Shown here: piece after piece, positions 37,312 to 46,726 of the stretch
Numbering within the stretch: the stretch's first letter is position 1
How the letters are laid out: the number at the start of each line of letters is the position of its first letter
NCBI GenBank assembly: GCA_963844415.1
Contig: CAWJOA010000006.1
Coordinates: forward strand, 550,494-614,493
Direction of reading: 5' to 3'
Length of the DNA stretch: 64,000 nt
Source: an uncultured Chloroflexia bacterium
Lineage (GTDB): Bacteria; Chloroflexota; Limnocylindria; QHBO01
The notes under the pieces: generated by a model
The model's input: only the letters and a program-made list of their open reading frames with translations
The model's database searches: none
What the model was told of the DNA's origin: nothing
Translations under genes and position numbers: made by a program

Positions 37312-40300
37312 ATGGGCACGCCGGACGACTACTGCGAGCTCCACGCGCACACGAACTTCAGCTTCCTCGATGGTGCGTCGCATCCCGAGGAGCTGATCGC
37401 TCGCGCCGCGCAGCTCGGCATGCCGGCGCTGGCCATCACCGACCACGCCGGCCTGTATTCCGCCGTGCGTGCCTGGAAGGCGGCGCAGGAGACCGAGACC
37501 GATGCCGCCCACGCGGCGGGGCTGTCGCCGGTGCGCCCGATCATCGGCCTCGAGATCACCATCCCGCGCACCGATGACGAGCTGCGCCTCGCCCACCGCG
37601 GGCGGAAGCTGAACGAGCCGCTGCGAGGAGCGCGCGCGAGCCGCGGCTGGCCCGGCGAGTTCCACGCCGGACCGATGCCGGGCGACCACCTCGTCCTGCT
37701 CGCGCGAGACGTCGACGGCTACACCGCCCTCAGCCGCCTGGTGAGCCGTGGCCACCTGGCGGGCGAGAAGCAGTTCCCGGTCTTCGAGCGCGGGCAGGTC
37801 ACCGCCATCCTCGACGAGGCGCGCGGCCACCTCTTCGGCCTCTCCGGCTGCCGCAACGGCGAGGTGCCGCGGCACCTGCTGGCCGGCGACCGCGATGCGG
37901 CGCTCGACGCCGCCCGTCGCTGGGCGGGCCGCTTCGCCACCGACGACTTCGCCGTCGAGCTGTCGCATCACCTGCAACCCGACGACGACTGGCTGGTCGC
38001 CCAGCTGGCGGCGCTCGCCGACGAGCTCGGCCTGCCGACGGTCGTCACCAACGAGGTCCACTACGCCGATCCCGACGGGCACCGGCTCCAGGACGTCCTC
38101 GTCTGCATCCGCCATGGCGCGACGCTCAGCCGAGGCGCGCGAGCTGCTGCTGCCCAACGCCGAGTACCGGCTCAAGACCGGGGCGGAGCTGGCGGGCATC
38201 GGCGCCGGGCTGCCGGACGAGCGCAGCCGCCGTGCCTGGGCCGACGGCCTGGCGCGCAGCGCCGCCATCGGTGAAGCGTGCCGGCTGGAGCTCGGCTTCG
38301 AGCGCTATCGGTTTCCGGGCTTCAGCGTGCCCGAGGGGGAGACCGCGTTCTCATATCTCTACCAGCTTGCACACGACGGCTTACTGCGCCGTTACCGGCC
38401 GGTTACCACGCGGGCGCTGAAGCAGCTGGCGCACGAGCTCGACGTCATCGAGCGCACGAACCTCGCCGAGTTCTTCCTGATCGTGTGGGACCTGATGGAG
38501 TTCGCGCGGCGCGGCAAGATCATCGGCCAGGGGCGGGGGAGCGCCGGCGACTCGATCGTGGCCTACTGCCTCGGCATCACCAAGGTCGACCCGATCGCGC
38601 ACAAGCTCCTGTTCGAGCGCTTCATCAACGAGGCGCGCGCGTTGCCGGACATCGACATCGACTTCGACGTCAACCGGCGCGAGGAGGTCATCCAGTACCT
38701 CTACGAGCGGTACGGCGCCGATCACGCCGCCATGGTCTGCACGATCGTGACGTACCGCGCCCGGAGCGCCGTGCGCGAGGTGGCCAAGGCGCTCGGCTTC
38801 CCGCTCGAGGGGATCGACGCACTGGCCAAGGCGCTCGACACGCGCGAGGCCGGGGACGTGGCGCGGGACCTGGCGCTGGACGGGAGCTTTGCGTGGCTGT
38901 TCGACGAGCTCGGGATCGACATGGCCGCGGCCGCCGTCCCACCGGGCCGAGACGGTCGTGCCGACCCCGGCCTCGTGCGCAAGTCGTCGGACTCGTCGTG
39001 GAACCACCGGCCGCGGCCGATGCTCGATCCGCAGCCGGTCGGCCAGGGCCACTGGTCGCCGCCGCGCAAGCCGCGGGTGCTCGACGCATCGGTCACGACC
39101 GTGCGCCACGAGTCGGAGTCGACGAAGCGGTACGCGCGAAGCGGCGAGCTGGCCGGCGCGGAGCTGCGCGTGCCCGTGCCTCGCGACAACGGCTCGCCGG
39201 GGCCGTCGAGCGGGCGGCCGTCGCTGGTGCGCGTCGACCCGGAGTCGGGGATGCCGGTGGAGCCGCGGCGTCGCGTGCGGGTCGTGCCGGAGGTGCCGTG
39301 GGAGGGAGCGCAGGCCGACGGCATATCGCCACTAGTGGTAACGGGCAGCCAAAGTGGCGCCAAAGGGGGCCAGGGAAAGGGATTGGCGTCAGATTCCGCA
39401 CCGGAACCGGGTCAGAAGCTGTGGAAATCTCAGCCTTCAGATGCTGCTGAGGACGCAGCGGCGCCCATTCAGGTGCTACCTAACACTAGTGGCGATATCG
39501 CGGCGAGCAACGCCGCCACCGCCGCCACGCACGCTCCGAAGAACCGATGGCAGTGGCTGCTCCAGCTGTGTGCCGAGATCGACGGCTTCCCGCGCCACCT
39601 CGGCATCCACGTCGGCGGCATGCTCGTCACGAGGACCCCGCTCATCGAGCTCGTGCCGATCGAGCGCGCCACGATGCCGAACCGCGTCGTCACCCAGTAC
39701 GACAAGGAGGACGTCGAGCAGCTCGGCCTCGTGAAGATCGACATCCTCAGCCTGCGCACGCTGGGCGTGGTGAGCGACGCCCTCGACCGGATCGAGCGCG
39801 ACACCGGACAACGCATCGACCTCGACAGCCTCCCGCACGACGACCCCGAGGTGTACCGCGACATCCAGGCCGCCGACACGGTCGGCATGTTCCAGATCGA
39901 GAGCCGCGCCCAGATGCAGGCGCTGCCGAAGGCGCGGCCCGAGCGCTTCGAGGACCTCGTCGTGCAGGTCGCGATCATCCGCCCCGGCCCGGTGCAGGGC
40001 AACGCCGTCCACCCGTACCTCAGAAGGCGGGCCGGCGAGGAAGCGGTCACGTACGCCCACCCCGCACTGCAGCCCATCCTGGAGGACACCCTCGGCGTGA
40101 TCCTCTACCAGGAGCAGGTCATGCAGGTCGCGATCGAGGTGTGCGGCTACACCGCGGTCGAGGCCGACATCTTCCGCAAGGCGATGGGCTCTCACCGCAG
40201 CCACGCGAAGATGCAGGCCGAGCGCCCGCGCTTCATCGGTGGCGCCATGGCAACCGGCCTGACCGAGGAGCAGGCCGAGGAGCTCTTCCAGAAGTGCAGT

Positions 40301-41289
40301 CAGCCTTCGCCGAGTTCGGCTTCGCCCGCGCCCATGCCGCGGCCTTCGCGAAGATCGCCTACGACACCGCCTGGCTGAAGCGCTACTACCCCGCGCACTA
40401 CACCGTCGGCGTGCTCAACAACCAGCCGATGGGCTTCTACAGCCCGGCGGTCGTCATCAACGACGCGAAGCGCCACGGCATCGCGGTGCTGCCGATCGAC
40501 GTCAACGAGTCGGCCTGGGAGCACGACACGCGTCGCATCGGCGACGCGTGGGCCATTCGCCTGGGACTGCGCCAGGTGAAGGGCATCGACGAGCGCGCGC
40601 GCGAGGTCCTCGAAGCGGAGCGCCGACGCGGTCCGTATCGGTCCGTTCGCGACTTCGTGGCCAGAACCCGCCTTGGCGAGCAGGTCGTCGAGCGGTTGAT
40701 CAGCATCGGTGCCTTCGACTGGACCGATGCGCCCCGCCGCGAGCTGCTCTGGCAGCTGCGCACCACCCTGGCCGATGCCGACCCCGAGCATCCCGCGTTG
40801 GGCCTGACCGATGACGCCCAGCGCGCGCTCGGCGCGTCGCTGCCGCCGATGACGGCGGCCGAGCGGGTCGCCGCCGACTACCGCGACACCGGCGTCGCCC
40901 CGAACCTCCACGCCGTCGAGCTGTTCCGCGAGCGCCTGACGGCGCGCGGGGTGATCTCGATCGGCGAGGCGGCCCGGCGGCGCGATCGGTCCGTCATCCG
41001 GCTGGCCGGCCTGGCGGTCAGCGTCCAGCATCCGATGACGGCCAAGGGCTTCGTGTTCATCGCGCTCGAGGACGAGACCGGGATGATGAACGTGACCCTG
41101 CGACCGAACGTGTACCAGGCGCACCGGGCGCTGCTGCACCGCCATCCGCTGCTCGTCATCGACGGGCGGCTCCAGGTCGAGGGGAAGGTGCTCAACGTCG
41201 TCGCGATGCGGCTGCGTTCCGTGGACGAGGCGCTCGACGGTCCGTCCGAACAGCTGCCGCTGGCCAAGCAGCAGCGAATGTTCCGCTAG
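37312..41289 (+). pseudogene. dnaE2: error-prone DNA polymerase III alpha (DnaE2), two reading-frame breaks as assembled plus a long internal insert
   Basis: Has a PHP domain (CELHAHTNFSFLDGAS), a pol III alpha core (GRGSAGDSIVAYCLGIT...DIDIDF) and fingers (RHLGIHVGGM...FQIESRAQM), plus an OB fold near the C-terminus. The pieces lie in three frames, with junctions at about 38126-38133 and about 40290-40300. Confidence 0.9.
39323..39499. repeat. 177-bp lower-GC segment bounded by perfect 15-bp inverted repeats (MITE-like), in frame inside dnaE2
   Basis: The arms are ATATCGCCACTAGTG (39323-39337) and its exact reverse complement CACTAGTGGCGATAT (39485-39499). By hand count the interior is about 60% GC. 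Confidence 0.6.
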
Positions 41290-41310
41290 CGTACGCGTGT
41301 GGTCAGTGCA

Positions 41311-41652
41311 ATGAAGGCCGAGCTCCTCGCATTCGCCCTGACCCTGCCCGAGGCCTGGGAGGACCACCCATGGGGCGAGTCGGTGGCCAAAGTTGGCAAG
41401 AAGGTCTTCGTCTTCTTCAGCGTCGACGCACCGGAGTACGAGCGAAGCTTCACGGTCAAGCTGCGTGACTCGCACGAGGAAGCCAGCGCCCTGGGCTGGA
41501 CCGCCGATCCGGGCTACGGCCTCGGCCGCGGCGGCTGGCTGACCGTCACCGCGCCCGATGACGCGCCGATGGAGCTCCTCCAGGCCTGGATCGTCGAGAG
41601 CTACCGCGCCGTCGCGCCGAAGCGGCTGGTCGCGCTTCTCCCGGACGCGTAG
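41311..41652 (+). CDS. MmcQ/YjbR family DNA-binding protein
   Basis: LPEAWEDHPWGE...KVGKKVFVF pattern. An alternative GTG start lies at 41299. Confidence 0.7.
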   Translation: MKAELLAFALTLPEAWEDHPWGESVAKVGKKVFVFFSVDAPEYERSFTVKLRDSHEEASALGWTADPGYGLGRGGWLTVTAPDDAPMELLQAWIVESYRAVAPKRLVALLPDA

Positions 41653-41790
41653 CGGTCGCCGTCCCAGCACAGTCGCTGAGCGGTTGTAGCCAGCCGTGCA
41701 CGAGGAACCGATCCCGGACCGGGGCGTCCAACTCCGCAACGACGCTGCGCAGCATCGATCCGACGCCCCGCCTCACAAGGAGGACGGTCG

Positions 41791-42860
41791 ATGCGACGTC
41801 CCTGGCTCTCGCTCCTCGCGGCAACCGCCGCGCTGCTCATCACCGCCGCGCCCACGCTGGCGTGCGGCGGCCTCATCGGTCCCAATGGGGCCGTCAACCT
41901 GCTGCGGACAACGACCTTCGCCGGCTACCACGACGGCGTCGAGCACTACGTCACCAGCTTCGAGTTCGCCGGTGGCGGCGGGGCATTCGGCTCGATCACG
42001 CCCCTCCCCGACATCCCGACCACGGTCGAGCGCGGCGGCGACTGGACCCTCCAGCGCCTGATCCTCGAGACGCAACCTGCGGACCTCTTCGCCCTGCGCA
42101 AGACACGGCCGACTCGGCTCGGCTCTCCGTCGGCGAGGCCGAGGTCCTGCTCGAGACGACCGTCGACGCGCTCGACATCACGATCCTGCGCGGTGGCGGC
42201 GACGAGGTCGGGCTGTGGGCCAAGAATCACGGCTTCCGCCTGCCGCCCGACGCCCCCGAGGTGCTCGACTTCTACGCCGAGCGCTCGCCGATCTTCATGG
42301 CCGCGGCCTTCGACGCCGATCGCGCTGCCGAGCTCGGCCAGGCACTCGGCGACGGCACGCCGATCCACCTCACGATCCCGACCGACAACCCGTGGGTGCC
42401 GCTCCGCATCCTGGCCCTCGGCAAGTCCGCCGCCGAGACGGTGCAGGCCGACGTCTTCCTGCTCACCGACGAGAAGCCGGCGCTACTGCCCAAGGCGGGC
42501 GCGCCCTTCGGCGAGTCGGCGGGCCTGATCCTCGATCACAGCGCGGCCGCGACCGACGGCCTCCTCGCCGACCTGCGATCCGACGCCGGCATGGAGTGGG
42601 TGCCCGACGAGGCATGGCTGACGAAGGTCGTCGTCGACGCGAACGCCGACGAGCTGAACTTCGACCTGGCCATCGACGTCTCCGGCGCGGGCAAGCCGTC
42701 CGCCGTGGATGCCGGCTTCGCGCCATTCGGGCCGGCCCCGGTGCCTCGCGCGCCGATCGCCCTCTTCCTCGGCCTCGCGGCGGTGCTCGTCATCGGGCTG
42801 CCGATCGCGCTCAACCGGGCGCGGCGCTCGACCGGCTCGCCGCCGTGGGCCGGCGCATGA
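41791..42860 (+). pseudogene. DUF2330-like secreted/membrane-anchored protein, reading frame broken as assembled
   Basis: The signal peptide and CGGLIGPNG...YHDGVEHYVTSFEFAG lie in one frame. The remainder (LSVGEAEVLLETTVDALDITIL... to the C-terminal TM) lies in another. The junction is at about 42085-42115. Confidence 0.7.
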
Positions 42861-43258
42861 GCCATCGGTCTCGCCTGGCGGTCGCCGCGCTGCTCGTCAC
42901 CGCGACGGCGACCGCCGGGTGCGCCGCCGGCCCGGTGACGGTCACGATCACGATCCACCACTCGGCCTTCGACCTCACCGAGGTGAGCGTGCCGGCCGGC
43001 GTGCCGGTCACCTTCGTCCTCGTCAACGAGGACCCGATCGACCACGAGTGGCTGATCGGCGACGCCGCGTTCCACGACGCGCACCGCACCGGGACGCACG
43101 CCTCGCACGGCGACGTGCCGACCGAGGTCACGATTCCCGCGCTCGAGACGGCGCGCACGACGATCACATTCGACGAGGCGGGAACGCTCGCCTACATCTG
43201 CCACCTGCCCGCCCACGAGTCCTACGGCATGGTCGGAACGCTCACCGTCGAGGGCTGA
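42857..43258 (+). CDS. cupredoxin-domain (type-1 copper-like) lipoprotein
   Basis: Lipobox TATAGC and ligand-like pattern DHEW...YICHLPAHESYGM. The ATG overlaps the DUF2330 TGA (ATGA). Confidence 0.75.
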   Translation: MSHRSRLAVAALLVTATATAGCAAGPVTVTITIHHSAFDLTEVSVPAGVPVTFVLVNEDPIDHEWLIGDAAFHDAHRTGTHASHGDVPTEVTIPALETARTTITFDEAGTLAYICHLPAHESYGMVGTLTVEG

Positions 43259-43270
43259 CCGGCCGCGAAG

Positions 43271-44081
43271 CTAAGAGGCCGCCTCGGGGGCACCGAGCAG
43301 GCCCGGCAGGACGCTGCCGAAGAAGTAGCCGGCCACGCCGGCGACCGCGCCGATGGCGAGGATCTCGAGTCCGGACGTCCACCAGGACCGATGCGTCCAT
43401 CGGCTCTTCACGACCCCGATCCCGAACAGCACGGCCAGCGTGAGGGCGACGGACGCGACGACCGCGGCCGTGTCGCTGAGGAACAGGTGCGGCAGGATCG
43501 GCACGATGCTGCCGAGGCCGAAGGCGGCGCCCATGACGAGCGCGCCCTGCATCGGCGATCCGTACGGCTCGTCGACCGCGAGGCTGAGCTCCTTCTCGAC
43601 CATCGTCTTCAACAATGCATCGGGGTGCTCGGCCATGATCCGCGCCACCTCGCGGGCCCGTTTCGGGCGGCAGGCCGTCCTCGGCGAACATGTACGCCAG
43701 CTCGGCCTCGGCCTCGCCGGGCCGCTCGTGGACCTCGTCCCGCTCGTCGACGATCTGCGCGTCGAAGATCTCGCGCTGGCTCTTGCTGCTGATGTACTCG
43801 CCGGCCGCCATGCTGAAGATCCCGCCGAGCGCGGCGGCGAAGCCGGCCACGAGCACGTAGTACGCGTCCTGGGATGCACCGGCCACGAAGTTCACGACGG
43901 CGACCGTGCTGATCAGGCCGTCCTGAGCGCCGAAGATCGCCTCGCGGACCTCGCCCAGCAGCGCCGCCTTGCGGCGCTCATCGGTCAGGTGGGCCCGAAG
44001 GAAGTCGCTGTCGAACTCCCCGGCGGCCATCGAGGCGCGCAGGTCCTCATCGGCGAGGAGCGCCGCGGTCCGCTCATCCAT
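43271..44081 (-). pseudogene. VIT1/CCC1 family iron/manganese transporter, reading frame broken as assembled
   Basis: The N-terminal part (FGAQDGLISTVAVV...MAAGEYISSKSQRE...) lies in one frame. The C-terminal TM part (AREVARIMAEHPDALL...GALVMGAAFGLGSIVPILP...) lies in another. The junction is at about 43655-43670. Confidence 0.75.
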
Positions 44082-44174
44082 GAACCGATGCTAGCCGCTG
44101 GCCGTATCCGAGGTGAGGGAACGTTCGACCGCCCCGCGGCGTCCGGACGGCACACCGAACGGGAGGGACGACCC

Positions 44175-45116
44175 ATGATCCGGCACTCAGCACTGCATCG
44201 GCCGTTGGTGCCGATGCTCACCGTCCTGCTGCTCGCGCTCCTTGCCACCGCCTGCGCTTCGGGGGCGGGATCGGCCTTGGTCGGCGGCGATGCCGCCGAG
44301 CCTCAGGCATCCGAGGCCCCGGACGCCGCACTGGGGGCATCGGGAGGCGAGGGAGGCGAAGGCGACGGATCCGAGCCGCGCGGCAACGTCGCGCCGATCG
44401 AGCAGCGCATCGTGAAGACCGGCGAGGTCGGGCTGCTCGCCGACGACGTCGCGGTCATCGTGGCGCAGGTCCGCGCCCTCGCCGTCGAGCTGGACGGCTA
44501 CGTCGGCGGGTCCGAGGCCGGAACGTCGGCTGAGACGGCGACTGTGACGCTCCGCGTGCCCGCCGCGCGCTTCGACGAGCTCCTCACCCGGCTCGGCGAC
44601 CTCGCCAACGTGGAGGTCGTCGCGACGTCGACGCGCGAGCAGGACGTGACCGGCCAGGTCGTCGATCTGGAGGCCCGCATCCGCAACCTCGAGGCGTCGG
44701 AGGCGTCGTATCGCGTGCTCTTCGAACGGGCCGAGCGGATCGAGGACGTCCTCACCGTCCAGCAGAGGCTCGACGAGGTTCGCGGCGAGATCGAGCAGCT
44801 GGAGGGCCAGCTCGCCGCGATCGAGGCGCAGGCCGCGCTATCGACGCTGACCGTGACCATCATCCCGCGCGACGAGCCGGTCGCCGACGTCCAGGCCGGC
44901 TGGGATCCCGGCGCCCAGGCCAAGAACGCCGTCGCCGCGCTCGTCGGGCTGGGGCAGGGCCTCTTCGACGCGCTCACCTGGATCGTGATCGTGATCCTGC
45001 CGATCGTGCTGATCGGCGGCCTCGTCACGCTCGGGGCGCTGCGGCTCTTCCCGGAGCTGCGGCGGAGAGTGACGCCCGTCGAGACGGACGCGTCCGGAGA
45101 GCAGCCGGCGGGTTGA
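44175..45116 (+). CDS. DUF4349-like lipoprotein with a coiled-coil region and C-terminal TM
   Basis: GGGAGGGA RBS, lipobox LLATAC, RIVKTGEVGLL... and a C-terminal hydrophobic anchor. Confidence 0.7.
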   Translation: MIRHSALHRPLVPMLTVLLLALLATACASGAGSALVGGDAAEPQASEAPDAALGASGGEGGEGDGSEPRGNVAPIEQRIVKTGEVGLLADDVAVIVAQVRALAVELDGYVGGSEAGTSAETATVTLRVPAARFDELLTRLGDLANVEVVATSTREQDVTGQVVDLEARIRNLEASEASYRVLFERAERIEDVLTVQQRLDEVRGEIEQLEGQLAAIEAQAALSTLTVTIIPRDEPVADVQAGWDPGAQAKNAVAALVGLGQGLFDALTWIVIVILPIVLIGGLVTLGALRLFPELRRRVTPVETDASGEQPAG

Positions 45117-45124
45117 GCTGAAGC

Positions 45125-45727
45125 TCAGTCGCGCTCGCCGGCCACACGCCATGCCAGGGGCAGCAGCAGGGCGGCGAGCGCGACCTTGGCGAGGTCCGAC
45201 GGCAGGAAGACGAGGGCGCCGACCTCGATGGCGGTCGCCGCCGGCAGGTCGGCGACGATCGCGAGGACCGGGACACCGATGGCGTACACGATGAGCGTCC
45301 CGATCAGCATCAGGCCCGCCGCGCGCGGGAAGGTCCGATCCCATCCGGCCTCCGCCAACCGGCCCACGACGGCGGCGGCCACGACGAAGCCGACGAGGTA
45401 GCCGCCGGTGGCGCCGATGAGGTGAGCGGAACCGCCATCCCCTTCGGCGAACACCCCAAGGCCGAGCGCGCCGGCCAGGACGTACACGAGCATCGACAGC
45501 GCGCCCCGCCACATGCCCAGTGCCGTGCCGACCAGCAGGACGGCACCGGTCTGGAGCGTGTACGGCACCGGCGTCCAGGGAACCGTGAACGCGACCTGGG
45601 CGGACAGCGCGGTGAGCGCCGCGCCGGCGACGATCAGCGCGGCGTCGCGGACGAGAGGCGCGAGGCGCTCGAGCGGCAAGAGGTCGGCGAGGGTGGCCGG
45701 GCGTCGCAGGGTGGCGGTGGTGCTCAT
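45125..45727 (-). CDS. bioY: biotin transporter BioY
   Basis: PVPYTLQTGAVLLVGTALG...GGYLVGF pattern with six TM segments. It lies only 27 nt downstream of argF. Confidence 0.85.
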   Translation of the reverse strand: MSTTATLRRPATLADLLPLERLAPLVRDAALIVAGAALTALSAQVAFTVPWTPVPYTLQTGAVLLVGTALGMWRGALSMLVYVLAGALGLGVFAEGDGGSAHLIGATGGYLVGFVVAAAVVGRLAEAGWDRTFPRAAGLMLIGTLIVYAIGVPVLAIVADLPAATAIEVGALVFLPSDLAKVALAALLLPLAWRVAGERD

Positions 45728-45754
45728 CGGCGCCGATTCTAGACTCGCCGGCGG

Positions 45755-46726
45755 TCAGCGGCGACCGAGCAGGTCGATGAGAAGCGCCTCCTGGACGTAT
45801 CGGCGGTTCTCGGCCTGCTCCAGCGCCAGCGACCGCGGCCCATCGAGCACCGCCGCGCTGATCTCCTCACCGCGGTGGGCCGGCATGCAGTGCATCGCCA
45901 TGACGTGGGGCGCGGCGCCGGCCAGCAGCGCCTCGGTGACCTGGAAGCCGGCGAAGCGCGCGCGGCGCTCGTCGGCCTCGGCCTCGCGGCCCATGCTGGC
46001 CCACACGTCGGTGTAGACCGCGTCGGCGCCGGCCACGGCGGCGGCCGGGTCGGTGCCGATGCTGACCCGCGCGCGGTGTCGTCCTGCGAGCGTCCGGGCG
46101 CGGGCGACGACGGCCGGGTCCGGCGCGTAGCCCGGCGGCGTGGCCACGCGCAGGTCGATGCCTGCCAGGGCGCCGGCGAGCAGCAGCGAGTGCGCGACGT
46201 TGTTCCCGTCGCCGACGTAGGCGAGGGACAGGCCGGCGAGGCGGCCGAATCGCCGGCGAAGCGTGAGCAGGTCGGCCAGCGCCTGGCACGGATGCTCCGC
46301 ATCGGTCAGCGCGTTGACGACCGGGACGGTGGCGGCGGCCGCCATCTCGAGCAGGGTCTCGTGGGCGAACGTGCGCAGGACGATCGCGTCGACGAGCCGC
46401 GACAGGTTGCGGGCAACGTCGGCCGGCAGCTCGCGCCGGCCGAGGCCGACCTCGTCGGGACCGAGCGCGATCGCGTCTCCGCCGAGCGAGGTGACGGCGA
46501 CCTCGAAGCTCACCCGCGTCCGCAGGGAGGGCTTCTCGAACAGGAGCGCCACCTGGCGGCCAGCGAGCGGCCGCAGCGGGAGCGAGGCTCGATCGCTGCG
46601 CAGCTGCTCGGCACGGTCGAGAAGGCGGGCGAGGCCAAGGCCCTCCAGGTCCTCGGCACCGAGCAGGTGGCGAGCCGGCAGCGCGGCCCCGCGGGCAGGG
46701 CTCGACGGTGCGACGCGGGTCGTCAT
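45755..46726 (-). CDS. argF: ornithine carbamoyltransferase
   Basis: FEKPSLRTRVSFE, HPCQALADL and DVWASMG motifs, plus the ornithine-binding HCMPAHRGEE. The ATG at 46726 overlaps the argD stop. Confidence 0.93.
   Translation of the reverse strand: MTTRVAPSSPARGAALPARHLLGAEDLEGLGLARLLDRAEQLRSDRASLPLRPLAGRQVALLFEKPSLRTRVSFEVAVTSLGGDAIALGPDEVGLGRRELPADVARNLSRLVDAIVLRTFAHETLLEMAAAATVPVVNALTDAEHPCQALADLLTLRRRFGRLAGLSLAYVGDGNNVAHSLLLAGALAGIDLRVATPPGYAPDPAVVARARTLAGRHRARVSIGTDPAAAVAGADAVYTDVWASMGREAEADERRARFAGFQVTEALLAGAAPHVMAMHCMPAHRGEEISAAVLDGPRSLALEQAENRRYVQEALLIDLLGRR

Noticed and set aside
39323-39499. The idea that the inverted-repeat element is a cloning scar or synthetic insert, because the arms contain EcoRV (GATATC) and SpeI (ACTAGT) sites.
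   Set aside because: The arms are exact inverted copies rather than a polylinker. The interior has no vector-like sequence that I recognise, and the insert preserves the host reading frame. A natural MITE-like element is the simpler reading, though contamination or chimerism should still be excluded with reads.
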